From contig NW_027266266.1 in the NCBI RefSeq assembly GCF_022045235.1, forward strand, positions 6,200,001 to 6,264,000: a stretch of 64,000 nucleotides of DNA, written 5' to 3'. Positions 32,646 to 45,873 of this stretch are shown here, piece after piece (position 1 is the stretch's first letter; each line of letters begins with the position of its first letter). This stretch comes from Haliotis cracherodii. Taxonomy: Eukaryota. The translations under genes and the position numbers were made by a program. The notes beneath the pieces are model-generated. The model did no database searches. It was not told the origin of the DNA and saw only the letters and a program-made list of their open reading frames with translations.

Positions 32646-35062
32646 TTGGTTGTTGTCTCTGTTGTGCTCTGGATACAAGGACGTGTAGGAAGGGAGCTGT
32701 TGGTTGTTGTCTCTGTTGTGCTCTGGCTACAAGGACGTGTAGGAAGGGATCTGTTGGTTGTTGTCTCTGTTGTGCTCTGGATACAAAGACGTGAAGGAAG
32801 GGAGCTGTTGGTTGTTGTCTCTGTTGTGCTCTGGCTACAAGGACGTGTAGGAAGGGAAGGGAGCTGTTGGTTGCTATCTCTGTTGTGCTCTGGCTACAAG
32901 GACGTCTAGGAAGGGAGCTGTTGGTTGTTGTCTCTGTTGTGCTCTGGCTACAAGGACGTGTAGGAAGGGAGCTGTTAGTTGTTGTCTCTGTTGTGCTCTG
33001 GCTACAAGGGCGTGTAGGAAGGGATCTGTTGGTTGTTGTCTCTGTTGTGCTCTGGCTACAAGGACGTGTAGGAAGGGAGCTGTTAGTTGTTGTCTCTGTT
33101 GTGCTCTGGATACAAGGGCGTGTAGGAAGGGATCTGTTGGTTGTTGTCTCTGTTGTGCTCTGGATACAAAGACGTGAAGGAAGGGAGCTGTTGGTTGTTG
33201 TCTCTGTTGTGCTCTGGCTACAAGGACGTGTAGGAAGGGAAGGGAGCTGTTGGTTGCTATCTCTGTTGTGCTCTGGCTACAAGGACGTGTAGGAAGGGAG
33301 CTGTTGGTTGTTGTCTCTGTTGTGCTCTGGCTACAAGGACGTGTAGGAAGGGAGCTGTTAGTTGTTGTCTCTGTTGTGCTCTGGCTACAAGGGCGTGTAG
33401 GAAGGGATCTGTTGGTTGTTGTCTCTGTTGTGCTCTGGCTACAAGGACGTGTAGGAAGGGAGCTGTTGGTTGCTATCTCTGTTGTGCTCTGGATACAGGG
33501 ACGTGAAGGAAGGGAGCTGTTGGTTGTTGTCTCTGTTGTGCTCTGGTTACAAGGACGTGTAGGAAGGGAGCTGTTGGTTGCTATCTCTGTTGTGCTCTGG
33601 CTACAAGGACGTCAAGGAAGGGAGCTGTTGGTTGTTGTCTCTGTTGTGCTCTAGCTACAAGGACGTGAAGGAAGGGAGCTGTTGGTTGTTGTCTCTGTTG
33701 TGCTCTGGATACAAAGACGTGTAGGAAGGGAACTGTTGGTTGTTGTCTCTGTTGTGCTCTGGATACAAAGACGTGTAGGAAGGGAGCTGTTGGTTGTTGT
33801 CTCTGTTGTGCTCTTGATACAAAGACGTGTAGGAAGGGAGCTGTTGGTTGTTGTCTCTGTTGTGCTCTGGATACAAAGACGTGAAGGAAGGGAGCTGTTG
33901 GTTGTTGTCTCTGTTGTGCTCTGGATACAAGGACGTGTAGGAAGGGAGCTGTTGGTTGTTGTCTCTGTTGTGCTCTGGATACAAGGACGTGTAGGAAGGG
34001 AGCTGTTGGTTGTTGTCTCTGTTGTGCTCTGGATACAAGGACGTGTAGGAAGGGAGCTGTTGGTTGTTGTCTCTGTTGTGCTCTGGATACAAGGACGTGT
34101 AGGAAGGGAGCTGTTGGTCGTTGTCTCTGTTGTGCTCTGGCTACAAGGACGTGTAGGAAGGGAGCTGTTGGTTGTTGTCTCTGTTGTGCTCTGGATACAA
34201 GGACGTGTAGGAAGGGAGCTGTTGGTTGTTGTCTCTGTTGTGCTCTGGATACAAGGACGTGTAGGAAGGGAGCTGTTGGTTGTTGTCTCTGTTGTGCTCT
34301 GGATACAAGGACGTGTAGGAAGGGAGCTGTTGGTTGTTGTCTCTGTTGTGCTCTGGATACAAGGACGTGTAGGAAGGGAGCTGTTAGTTGTTGTCTCTGT
34401 TGTGCTCTGGCTACAAGGACGTGTAGGAAGGGAGCTGTTGGTTGTTGTCTCTGTTGTGCTCTGGATACAAGGACGTGTAGGAAGGGAGCTGTTGGTTGTT
34501 GTCTCTGTTGTGCTCTGGCTACAAGGACGTCTAGGAAGGGAGCTGTTGGTTGTTGTCTCTGTTGTGCTCTGGATACAAGGACGTGTAGGAAGGGATCTGT
34601 TGGTTGTTGTCCCTGCTGTGCTCTGGCTACAAGGGAGTGTAGGAAGGGAGCTGTTGGTTGTTGTCTCTGTTGTGCTCTGGCTACAAGTGCCTGTAGGAAG
34701 GGATCTGTTGGTTGTTGTCTGTTGTGCTCTGGATACAAGGACGTGTAGGAAGGGAGCTGTTGGTTGTTGTCTCTGCTGTGCTCTGGCTACAAGGACGTGT
34801 AGGAAGGGAGCTGTTGGTTGTTGTCTCTGTTGTGCTCTGGCTACATGGACGTGTAGGAAGGGAGCTGTTGGTTGTTGTCTCTGTTGTGCTCTGGCTACAA
34901 GGACGTGTAGGAAGGGAAGGGAGCTGTTGGTTGTTGTCTCTGTTGTGCTCTGGCTACAAGGACGTGTAGGAAGGGAGCTGTTGGTTGTTGTCTCTGTTGT
35001 GCTCTGGCTACATGGACGTGTAGGAAGGGAGCTGTTGGTTGTTGTCTCTGTTGTGCTCTGGA
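32614..35062. repeat. 54-bp satellite, ~45 units, derived from a Penelope-like RT coding segment
   Basis: Minus-strand unit ATCCAGAGCACAACAGAGACAACAACCAACAGCTCCCTTCCTACACGTCCTTGT. The last unit runs in frame into PLE RT sequence. Confidence 0.95.
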
Positions 35063-35487
35063 TCCTTTGACAAAAATCTGCGGAGTCTGCACTATAGGAT
35101 TTAGCGTTATGTTGCCATGGAGACAGAGAACAACCACAAACTCCTCTTCCAGCAACAATTGAAAACCTGATGTTTAGCCTACACGAACCTCCATCAGTAT
35201 CGCTACTGATGTCTGGGACTCTGAACATGCATTGTAGAAAATAAAGTGCAGACATTACCGGCTCACATCACGGAAATGTGTGCAGTCAGTCGCCCGTGAA
35301 ATTACTAGTCGTTCCAGTGTCGACTGTTTTGATGGTTATTACCATCACTTAACAAACCATGCCCAATAGACACATGGCGTGTTTAGCGGAGAATGGTACT
35401 TTCTGATTAGATGCTGTATCTGCAATTTGCTATGTTGCTTAGTGATGCCAGAAGTCCGAGCAAAGACGTGCATGGGACGGTTTGATC

Positions 35488-35908
35488 TAGGGCTGGGACG
35501 AGTCCAAATTCACTACCCGGGTACCCACCCCCCTATTACCCGACCCTACCCGGGTACCCACTGTGGGCCTCAGGAGATGTCTCAAAATGTCCGATTGGGA
35601 ACATTTTTAGCATAGCCCTGGCAAAACGTATTTAGATAAACGTATTAAACAATCTGGTCATTCATACACCGAAGCTGAATTAAGTTATATCTTTATTCAC
35701 CCATATGAAAAATCAGAAGAAATGGGTGCACAGTCAGAAAGAAATGCGAACATTAGTGACTTGTAGTGTAGCCATAGAGTTCTGGATAATTTTTGTCATA
35801 AAACAATATAACACGTGACTAACCACGGGTCAGGGTAGTCCTGTGGGTACCCGGGTCCTACTCAGTACCCACCCGACCCGGGTGCCCGAGTTAACCGTCC
35901 CAGCCCTA
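35488..35908. mobile_element. hAT-type MITE
   Basis: TIR TAGGGCTGGGACG / CGTCCCAGCCCTA, exact 8-bp TSD GTTTGATC (35480-35487, 35909-35916), subterminal ACCCG repeats. Confidence 0.9.
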
Positions 35909-36520
35909 GTTTGATCCCAGTTTGCCTACTGAAACTACTGTAGGCACCCTGGAAACTCCCTATTTATGCAATTGTATTGGACCACTATTGAAGTCTTTGA
36001 AAGGTATTTAGAAGTTGGAAGAACACGGATACATGACATTCGTCATGTATAACAATTTGTAGTTTGTAGTCTTTGTAGGCCAACTTCTTGCTCCTTCTTC
36101 AGTTGAATAGAGTTAGCATGTAGAGATGTGAAATATTGTTTTACGCCGCACTCAGAAATATTCCTGCTGTATGACGGCGGTCTGTAAATAATCGAGTCTT
36201 GACCAGACCATCCAGTGATTGACATCATGAGCATCGATCTACACAATGGGATACGATGACCTCAACCAAGTCAGGGAGTATGGCCATCGTTAGTCGCCTC
36301 TTACGATAAGCATAGTCACCTTTTACGGCAAGCATAGGCTGCTGAAGACCTATTCTACCCAAGACCTTCATTGGTCAAATATTAAATAATAATACTTCAA
36401 GAGATAAATAATATGTTTACAAAAGGAACAATGTTTACATATGGCGGGAATAATGTACAAATATAACAATAAAACAACGAAGTCAATGAGATAAAGAGAC
36501 ATTACAATTAAGTACAATGA

Positions 36521-36877
36521 AGGTGAGGTGGGGTGTGGTGAAATGGGGTTTAACGTCGCGTCCATGATTATTGCACTTATATAGCGACGTGCAAGCACGT
36601 GTGTGTGTGTGGCTGCTTGAACAAGTCCGGATTGATGCCGATTTATAGTGCTAGCTCACTGAGATATCATGCCGCGGTTTAACATGAATACCCCACTCAG
36701 ACACAGCATACTGACTCCGAGCCGACCAGTCCTTGTTTTAGCCCCTTAATGCCGAGCGCCAGACAGGGTAACAACAATTACCATCTGTTCACGTCTTTTG
36801 GTATGACGCGGCCGTCATCGAACTCCGGACCTTCCGCTATCCGGGCGGACGCTCTACCACTAGACCACGGAGGCGGT
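36521..36877 (-). mobile_element. tRNA-headed SINE with Meta-domain-like body (family M)
   Basis: Head CCGCCTCCGTGGTCTAGTGGTAGAGCG, body CGTCATACCAAAAGACGT..CCTGTCTGGCGCTCGGCATTAAGG, internal (CA)n, tail GCGACGTTAAACCCCA. TSD AGTACA(A/G)TGAAGG. Confidence 0.88.
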
Positions 36878-37027
36878 CAGTACAGTGAAGGCGTAGTGAA
36901 GGGGTTGGGTGAGATAACACGGAGCTGACTATAGTAACATCAACCATGAGGTAATCAAGATTTCGAAATGGGTTGATGATATGATTAAGTCACTGTGAAG
37001 TACACGCTGGTATGTATTTGTTGCCTG

Positions 37028-37255
37028 TGGGGTAACGGGTGGCCCAGTCGTCTAAGGCGACGCGATTCGCTGTGCAGAGTTGCGTCCCTTGGGCACACCA
37101 GAAACCTATCATTATGGGTTCGAATCCCGGTAAGCCCCGATTATGTTTCTAGGTTTGTCAGCACCATACCCAAGCTCGTGGGTTTCACCGAAGTGGCAAA
37201 CGTCTGAGACCTGCATCACTTCGGGCTTTCCTCTCACTTTTTGCTGTCAGACGCC
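37028..37255 (+). mobile_element. Family V SINE, 3' truncated
   Basis: Head and body match the other copies. Confidence 0.88.
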
Positions 37256-37439
37256 GCACTGCACTACCTCCGCCATGCGATGGAGGCCTGTTAAAAAACC
37301 GGACAATCAAGTGATGGACCAGCACATTTAGTGACGTAGCACATTTACTAATTTTGTTGAAACTAAAAACGATACATAAGAAATCTCTTGTAAAAGCAGA
37401 GTCGTTTGTTGATTCCGGCTAAAACATGAACATGTCAAA

Positions 37440-37720
37440 TAGTGGTTATATCTGGTGTTTGCAAAACGGTGAGCGTATCCTACCCCACCGGCGGCACCCG
37501 TCACAAATACATGTAAAGGCAAGGCAAGTGTTAACCTGAAAAAAAGCACACAGGAACATATGGTACAAGTCACAATAGGGAATTGAGTCGGACATCGTGT
37601 TGGTCACTGATGCAACACATTTGGAAATGTATTCCACATGCCTCCTATTAATCGTTTTGAAAGCTTCACTGAGGGCGTGCATGTTCTTATCCTGATCAAT
37701 CAACTTTTGAGCAAGAATTG
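37440..37720 (-). mobile_element. Same Naiad-like PLE 3' fragment family
   Basis: LAQKLIDQ..AFKTINRRHVEYISKCVASVTNTMSDSIP plus tail. Further pieces at 26368-26450, 31764-31800, 44940-45140 and 59437-59520. Confidence 0.68.
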
Positions 37721-38243
37721 ACATCAAAGGCTGGGGCTGCTGGCAGATTGCTCGAGATGAAGCGAAAGTCATCACACTTGGCAAAATGGCAAAATACCCA
37801 TTTTTTCATCATACAAGAACAGCTCCAATAATATACATATAGCATTTACACTATTTACGTTTACGAGAAGTCTTCCAAATTGAAAGGCAGAGGCTAACCC
37901 AGAAATTGGCACGCACAGTGCCAGTCCACACAAAACGAGAGCAAATGCTATGGATACCAGTAAACAGTATCACTGTACTTTAACACTATATAGTTAATAC
38001 GGTAATTTACAGACTGCTCACTCAGACTGCCCACCCCCTCCTATGTAAATCCTTGGCATTTCTCTTTGTAGATGTCTTATTCTCTCTATTAATTTCAGAA
38101 GGCCCTCAAACTTGAAGCATAATCGTGAAATGCAGATAGTATGTGAAGAAATAACATTCATGTTAATTTTTACCCTGGATACAGAATTATATATATTGAC
38201 TATTCTCGGTTAGTTTTATTGTTTTTATGCGATTTTCTTGGTA

Positions 38244-38419
38244 CAGTAAAGTACGGTTTTAACAAACTCAAAGGGACTACTAATTTTAGTTCGTTATAAC
38301 CGTAGTTCGTTATAAGCATATATAAAGCATAACTACAGCAAATAGTCGGGACCAAAAAAGTAAGTTCGTTAAATCCGTCAGTTCGTTATAATCGTGTTCG
38401 TTATAACCGTAGTTTACTG
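38244..38419. mobile_element. pogo/Tigger-type MITE
   Basis: TA-CAGTAAA...TTTACTG-TA with internal TTCGTTATAA repeats. Confidence 0.88.
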
Positions 38420-39177
38420 TATTTGTGTCTTGCCTTTCTTAGATGAGTCTGTGTAACCGAAAACACATTGTGTGATGAGTGCAATGCATCTTTCTCCCTG
38501 CATCATATTCTTCTTTATGGGATTCACATTGAGGCCACAGATTTGATCTACCTTCCATTCCCACTGAGTAACGCTCATGTTTCAAACAGTTGGAACTTCC
38601 GGTTGTTCCAGATGGCCGAGAAATCCGAGCACTGCGCAGAACTGATCTGAACATAGAGCAATACCAACCATACGCATACACTGGAAGTAACCAGTCATTA
38701 CCACAGGATAAGGTCTGTTGGTTTAAGAGTTAACTACACAATAAACGAGAGGGTATCAAATGTTATTTAGACAGAATGTAACTACTGGTTCCGTACATTA
38801 TCACCAATGTCGGACATTTGTGGGTAAATCGTGTTGTTTCGAGCGATTTGGCATTGGGTGTAACTCTACACTGTGGCGCGTTATTATTCCTCTCTTTGTC
38901 CTTGGGTGTCCTTGGGTGTCCTTGGCTGTTTGTGACACGATACATTGTTTTTGATGTCCCTAATTCGTGTTTTATTGGTGATAAATGACCAGATCACTAT
39001 GCGTGGCACTCCAGCAATACTTCTAGTTCGATATATCAACACACCCTGATGGACTCACATACACGGAAGGAAGTGTTTCCGCACATTTCAGTATCAGTTT
39101 GGATTGTCAAGGTACACAGGACATATACAAAAAGGTCAGCAAAAAGCTTTGATTCTGTTCACCTGTTTGTCATTTCC

Positions 39178-39287
39178 GGGCCCATTTCCACAAAGCCATC
39201 TTAGCGCTAAGACGACCATAGCTCTCATTCTTTAACACAGAGTTACGACAACCGTATCGCTAAGCTCGCTTTGTGGAACGTGACCCC
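39178..39287. mobile_element. PIF/Harbinger-like MITE
   Basis: GGGCCCATTTCCACAAAGC...GCTTTGTGGAACGTGACCCC with CTTAGCGCTAAG palindromes. Related half copy at ~16868-16954. Confidence 0.6.
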
Positions 39288-40837
39288 AGACAGAATAGGT
39301 TTGCAAGATGTTTTAAGAACTGACTTACAATTGAGTGTGACATGGCTGATTATGTCTGCGGATGGAGTTCGTTGCTCATGTAATAATCTATTTGTTTGTC
39401 TGACCAATACTCGATTATTCATCAGATGACGTGTCGCTGAAAACCTCTCGAAAGTGTCGTAGTTAAACATCCATTCACTCACTAACCTTTTTAATTGTAT
39501 TGTAATAAAATAAATTCAAATTTTGTTAAATACGTATTCAAACTGATCGGGTTTTGTGAGGATCTGGCTTAGAATAGGTCGCAAGCAACGTATGCTTTTG
39601 TAAAAACCATCTAAGATGGATCGGGTCGGTCGTCTCTGTGACTTGATTGATTCATAGACTCAAACCACAAGGTACTTATGACCTATCCGGCCATAGCATC
39701 CCAACGTGGAGAAGAGTACCGAAACAGGATGTGGTTCGGGCAGGCAGACAGACGTTTTATGATAATCCCCATGTGGCAAGGTATTTTTAAAGACCGTCAG
39801 TTAACTGATAAATCTGCTAAAATCTGTTAAATCTGCGTAACTTGACTAAAAATCTAATCATGTACATCACGTGACAAATGTTAATATCCAATCTGCATTG
39901 TAGTATGGGCCTTGATATAAATTACTGAATAAGATGTCTGTCTGTCTGTCTGTCTGTCTGATTTATGATAAATTATTCTTTTGAGTTTCGTTTGTTGTTG
40001 ATGTTGTCTTGTCCAGTCTAATGCAGAAATTAGTCAATTTCATGAATTGTTTAATAAAGTATGTATGATCAATCTGGAATTTACTTCTTAATAACACGGC
40101 TGTGAGGAGTTTCGTCACTTCTTGTTGTTTGTTTTATCACATCTTGTTGTTGTTTGTTTTTCTATGCCCCAGTCAGTTCTATTCAGTTATAGACAGCAGC
40201 CTGTAAATAATGTGCCTGTGCCTAGGAGCAACGTCGTTCACCGTCGGGGTTCCATGACAAGCGATCCGCCAAGTCGCAAAGTCGCCAAGCATGACCAACA
40301 GTTCCATTTAGTCGCCTGTTTTGCGAATAGAATAGTTTACTTGTCATTAAAATAAAAAAAGGTCATCGTTAAAAGAAAACCCTATCATGATTGTGATGAG
40401 ATATATGAGGAAAGCACATACGCTTTTGTCAAGTCATAAAATGGTGCACGTCTTTCCTGTAGTTGAAGTAGAGCTGGCAAAAACACTGTGCCTTGCTGAG
40501 AATATTGCGGTGGCCGGAGATAGCACGAGATGATAAGCGACAGAACGAGGCGAGAAAGCAATAAATAGTTAAAGCAAGTAAGCGATAGAGCAAGAAAACG
40601 ATAAAGCGAGAAAGCAATATAGAGCGAGAAAGCAATATTTCACATAATGCGGTACATGTTACCCTTTATACCTAGGATTTTGAACTTTGGTTGATATAGA
40701 CACAGAATGCTATCTCATTTCGTGTGGATCAAACTGGCCCGTTGGCTAAATTCTCTCAATTTTCCGCTACAGGCCACATTAGAACTGTATTACCCTACTC
40801 ACTCGAAGTAACTATCAACACAGATTTTCTGTTACAG

Positions 40838-42115
40838 ATGCGGGCACTGCACATCAGCATATCCGTCCTTTCAACACTTTTACTTACTGAATGTTCTCTC
40901 GCCTTAGACGTCGGTGTGAGTAAAGCCTCGACTACGACAATAAACCACAGCACCCACTCGTCAACACCGACTACAAGGACAAACACGTCTACCTTGACGA
41001 ATGTTACCCAGACCAAGCCAAAAGTCACTCGTCGGACAACGCCTGATAATGTACCCGGATTAGTCAGCGCAGAAGTGTCGAGAAAAGGAACATTCATCAT
41101 TAATCTAATTCTTAAACCCATCTTGTGTATTTCCGGTTTTGTGATGAACGTCATCGGATGTTGTGTACTTCTCCACAAGTCGTTACGTCACTCTTCCTAC
41201 CATTATCTGTTGGGTCTATTAATAGCTGACTGTGGGTTTCTTCTCTGTGGCATCCTGCACATGCCGACGCATATATCAAGAGAGTACGACGTTGTGTATG
41301 CAAGCTACCTGTCATCTGTGCTGGTTATTCCCGTTTGGCAATATATGGAAAGAGCCTTTTCCAAAGTGTCGTGCTACATTATCTGTATCTTAGCTCTGGA
41401 GAGACTTATAGCTATATCCTTCCCGCTCAAGGTCAAGACTTTGTTCCTCGTCCGCCATTCGGGAAAACTCACCACAGCTCTGTTTGTCATCATATTCATG
41501 TTACATATTCCACGCATATTCCTGATACGCTTTGTATGGAGATTCAGCCGACAGTTCAACGTATCCATGTATGTTAGAGAACCTAAAGCCTACCACGAGC
41601 CACTGAGGTCCTTTATGACAATTTACATCAATTTCGTCCTGAAAATTGTCATGACGTATATCCCACCGTTCCTTCTTCTTGTGTTTAACATCGGTATCTG
41701 GATTCAATTATCTGTCATCAGAAGTCGACGCAAGTCCCTCTTCGGTACGGTATCAGATGAGCAATGGAAAGTGACCTTGACCTTAATGATCATTTCTACG
41801 TTTTTTCTGATAGTTTACATTCCACTTATTGCAGTTAATGTTCTGGAAACACTGGATCCAGCACGATTTTCCCGCGTGGGCACAGAACGCAATTTTAGAG
41901 AACTATTCAGCAGTATCTCGTCTCTCGGCTGGACCATCAACAGCGCCAACGACTTCATCATCTACGTCGTCACCAACGTCAGGTTCAGGGTCACGTTCAA
42001 AAAAATGTTTTGTTGCAACAAGGAAACCCTAAACGTGACGCCTTCGACACAAATGTCAAGTTCAGGGTCACGTTTAAGAAGCTATGTTTTACCAAAACAA
42101 AATGGAAACCCCTAA
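40838..42115 (+). CDS. Orphan class A GPCR (FMRFamide-receptor-like / molluscan chemosensory-like), copy A, 425 aa
   Basis: ATG directly follows acceptor ttttctgttacag. Signal peptide, Thr-rich N-terminus with sequons, 7 hydrophobic segments, GxxxN, LLIAD, LERLIAI, FLIVYIP, NSANDFIIY, helix 8 RFR, CC. Confidence 0.92.
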   Translation: MRALHISISVLSTLLLTECSLALDVGVSKASTTTINHSTHSSTPTTRTNTSTLTNVTQTKPKVTRRTTPDNVPGLVSAEVSRKGTFIINLILKPILCISGFVMNVIGCCVLLHKSLRHSSYHYLLGLLIADCGFLLCGILHMPTHISREYDVVYASYLSSVLVIPVWQYMERAFSKVSCYIICILALERLIAISFPLKVKTLFLVRHSGKLTTALFVIIFMLHIPRIFLIRFVWRFSRQFNVSMYVREPKAYHEPLRSFMTIYINFVLKIVMTYIPPFLLLVFNIGIWIQLSVIRSRRKSLFGTVSDEQWKVTLTLMIISTFFLIVYIPLIAVNVLETLDPARFSRVGTERNFRELFSSISSLGWTINSANDFIIYVVTNVRFRVTFKKMFCCNKETLNVTPSTQMSSSGSRLRSYVLPKQNGNP

Positions 42116-42271
42116 CGTGACGACAACTCCATCATCTACCTCATCACTAACGTTCAGGGCCAACGTTTTATTGCCATAGTAACAGGGACACATTGAACGT
42201 GAAAACTGACGACAGTCGAGTGTTGATTTGTGAAACTAGTGGCTCAAAACATGATGAACATTCTATGTCGT

Positions 42272-43402
42272 CGGCGTACTATGACACCTTGATAGCGTAC
42301 TATGACACCATGACGGCGTACTATGACACCATGATAGCGTACTATGACACCATGACGGCGTACTTCGACACTTTGACGGCGTACTATGACACTTTGACGG
42401 CGTACTATGACACCATGACAGCGTATTATGACACCATGACGGCGTACTATGACACCATTTCGGCGTACTATGACAAGTTGACGGCGTACTATGACAAGTT
42501 GACGGCGTACTATGACACTTTGACGGCGTACTATGACACCATGGCGGCGTACTATGACAAGTTGACGGCGTACTTTGACACTTTGACGGCGTACTATGAC
42601 ACCATGATGGCGTACTATGACAAGTTGACGGCGTACTATGATACTTTGACGGCGTACTATGACACCATGACGGCGTACTATGACACCATGATGGCGTACT
42701 ATGATAATTTGACAGCGTACTATGACACTTTGACGGCGTACTATGACAATTTGACGGCGTACTATGACACCATGACGACGTATTATGACACCATGACGGC
42801 GTACTATGACACTGTGACGGCATACTATGACACTATGATGGCGTACTATGACACTTTGACGGCGTACTATGACACTATGGCTACGTACATTGGCACTGTG
42901 ACGGCGTACTATGACACTATGGCTACGTACATTGGCACTGTGACGGCGTACTATGACACTATGGCTACGTACATTGGCACTTTGACGACGTTCTATGACA
43001 CTATGGCTACGTACTTTGGCACTGTGACGCCGTTCTATGGCACTATGGCTACGTACATTGGCACTTTGACTGCGTACTATGACACTATGGCTACGTACAT
43101 TGGCACTGTGACGCCGTTCTATGGCACTATGGCTACGTACATTGGCACTGTGACGGCGTTCTATGACACTATGGCTACGTACTTTGGCACTTTGACGCCG
43201 TTCTATGGCACTATGGCTACGTACTTTGGCACTTTGACGGCGTACTATGGCACTATGGCTACGTACATTGGCACTGTGACGGCGTTCTATGACACTATGG
43301 CTACGTACATTGGCACTGTGACGGCGTTCTATGACACTATGGCTACGAACATTGGCACTTTGACGGCGTTCTATGACACTATGGCTACGTACATTGGCAC
43401 AG
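42272..43402. repeat. 21-bp minisatellite downstream of GPCR copy A, turning into a 42-bp dimer after ~42870
   Basis: Unit ACGGCGTACTATGACAC(TTTG/CATG). Confidence 0.96.
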
Positions 43403-43736
43403 TCATTGTAACCAGTGGCACCCGATCCACCGTGTCGACCCAATGATCAGCACGAGGTGATGCTGTTCTATTTTCCCTTGGGAATAAGAGAGTTGTATCC
43501 GGAATGTTTCGTAATGGGAAACAGAGAACACATGTGTACAGATTAAACCCCTTTGGTGACGTCACACTATTGTTATAGCAGTTGATTCTGAGCCATCCAT
43601 TGGCCATTTTCAACAAATCTTTTACAAATATAACTATCGGTCATTATGCACAATTATAGAACAATTATATATCAACCATGACATAGTTTCAGTCGGAGAA
43701 ACCACGCGATTTCTCAACACAGGTCATGCACAATGT

Positions 43737-43905
43737 GAGTGAGTGAGTGAGTTTGATTTTACGCCGCTTTTAGCAATGTTCCAGCAATATCATGGCAGGG
43801 GACACCAGAAATGGGCTTCACACATTGTACCCATGTCGGGAATCGAACCCGGGTCTTCGGCGTGACGAGCGAGCGCTTTAACCACGAGGCTACCCGACCG
43901 CCCCC
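43737..43905 (-). mobile_element. Family D SINE
   Basis: TSD ATGCACAATGT. Confidence 0.9.
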
Positions 43906-44669
43906 ATGCACAATGTAACACCCGTACTCTTCCCTAACATTAATCCTAAAAGAGGGTTCGATGTCAGAATGTGTCGTGTTTGTCTTCAGATACGACAGAA
44001 ATGGGGATTAGTGGCCAGGCTCTGTGACGAGGTTGATTTCGTACCATCATACCCAACAGCTGTGTCGCTGACTATAAAGTACAGTCCGCTGTGATATGTC
44101 TGCAATATTGCCGACTGTGGCGTTAAACATCATTCACTCACTCAATAACCACATATCATATATCACGGTGTAGTGGTTATGGTGAATACGATGTTGGATA
44201 GTTCACTTGCTGTATACACGCGTTTAGCAATAGAAGAATTATTTAAACAAAGAAAACTTGATTAAAAGGAATGAACTTGAAGAAAATAAATTAGACAAAA
44301 CAATTAAGTAGACATGTCACGGAATAGTTTGTTCACATTCATCCTATGTGAGCATAAGGCAATTCTGCAATGTACACAGCTGTGTCATATTTGTCCACTG
44401 GGCCCCATTAATGCTCTTGTCTTGGTATGTATTCTAAAACCGCAGTTGTTGATATTTAAGTTAATTTAAGAGCTCTATAATATGTATACTCTGCAAAAAA
44501 AGAAACGCAAAACGTCTTAGAGACGTACGGGTGGCGCTGTCGTCTGAAGCGCCGTATTCGATGTGGATAGTACGTCCCTTACAGTGAAGTAGTGTGCCAG
44601 AAACTCATGATCGTGTGTCTGAATCCCAGATTAGCAATGATTATGTGTGTGTCCATTTGTCAAAACATA

Positions 44670-44837
44670 CAGGAAACTACGGTTATAACGAACTCAAAGG
44701 GACTACTAATTTTAGTTCGTTATAACCGTAGTTCCGTACATATAAGCATGACTACAGCAAGTAGTCGGGACCAAAAAGTAAGTTCGTTATATCCGTCAGT
44801 TCGTTATAAGCGTGTTCGTTATAACCGTAGTTTACTG
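44670..44837. mobile_element. pogo/Tigger-type MITE, same family
   Basis: Near-identical to 38244-38419; TA flanks. Confidence 0.88.
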
Positions 44838-45587
44838 TACATCAAAGTGGTAAGCATCAAAGATCGTGAAGCCTAACATTGTCTCGCTCAGTATCTCAGC
44901 AACTGAAAGTACTAGATTGGACAAGTTACAACATTCAGTGCCTCAGTAAAGCTTTCAAAAAGGTTGATGGAACATGTGGTGGACACGTCCATATTTTAAT
45001 GCATCAGTGACAAAAATGATGACCGATGCAATTCTCCCGTTTGACTCGTACCACATTTCCGTGTTTATTGTTCAGTTTGAACAATTGCCTTGCCTTTGCG
45101 TGTGTAAGTGGCGGATGGGGCAAGATAAGCTCAACGGGAATCTTCGCTATGTGATAGAGATTCATAAACACTCGCTCGTAATATATTTGGAATCGTACAA
45201 ACGATGTTGCTTTTAGGAGAGATTTCTTAGGAATATGGAAAGGATTTTGTCACTTTTATTTAAGTCACTGTTCCAGAAAGAAGTGTCATATAAACCAGTT
45301 TATCATATATTCGCAATAACTGAGTAAACTTGTCATCTATAAGTTTTTTCAATCCATTTACATTCCAAGAAAGAAGCTTAAGATGTTGTCTTTCTCATGT
45401 ACTTTGGCCTTGGCCACTCCCGATCCACTGGCCCGTTGCCCGTGATGGTAAGGACTAACTACCTTTGGCTACCATCTTAGATGCTGTTTAATCAAAGGCC
45501 TGCACTCGCCCTTTCACCACAGTGCAGTCATACTGGGTAGTCACAGTAGCCTCCTCTAGCACTATCATGGTATTGTCTCCAAAGATA

Positions 45588-45827
45588 CATGGTCTAGTGG
45601 TAGAGAGTCCGCCCGAAGGGTCCTGGGCAGCGTCATACCAAAAGACGTTAAAAGATGGTACTTGTTGTTACCCTGTCTGGCGCTTAGCATTAAGGAGCTA
45701 AAACAAGGACTGGTCGGCTCGGAGTCAGTTTACTGTGTCTGTGTGGCGTATTCACATTAAACTGTGGCATGGTATCTCAGTGGGTTAGCACTAAAAAATC
45801 GGCATCAGTCCGAACTAGTACAAGCAG

Positions 45828-45873
<46 letters not shown>

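Noticed and set aside
33651-35255. 534-aa mucin-like ORF and the overlapping 462-aa and 385-aa ORFs
   Set aside because: Open frames of a stop-poor 54-bp satellite derived from PLE RT; no signal peptide or supported exon chain, and indels break the frames.
40724-40837. N-terminal extensions of GPCR copies A and B shown in the ORF track
   Set aside because: Non-ATG starts upstream of a splice acceptor; the signal peptide begins at ATG 40838 and 51588.
42193-43446. TAYYDT-repeat ORF resembling an ice-binding or matrix protein, plus the Arg-rich antisense ORF
   Set aside because: 21-bp minisatellite open on both strands; the frame is broken in the duplicate copy at 48575-50227.
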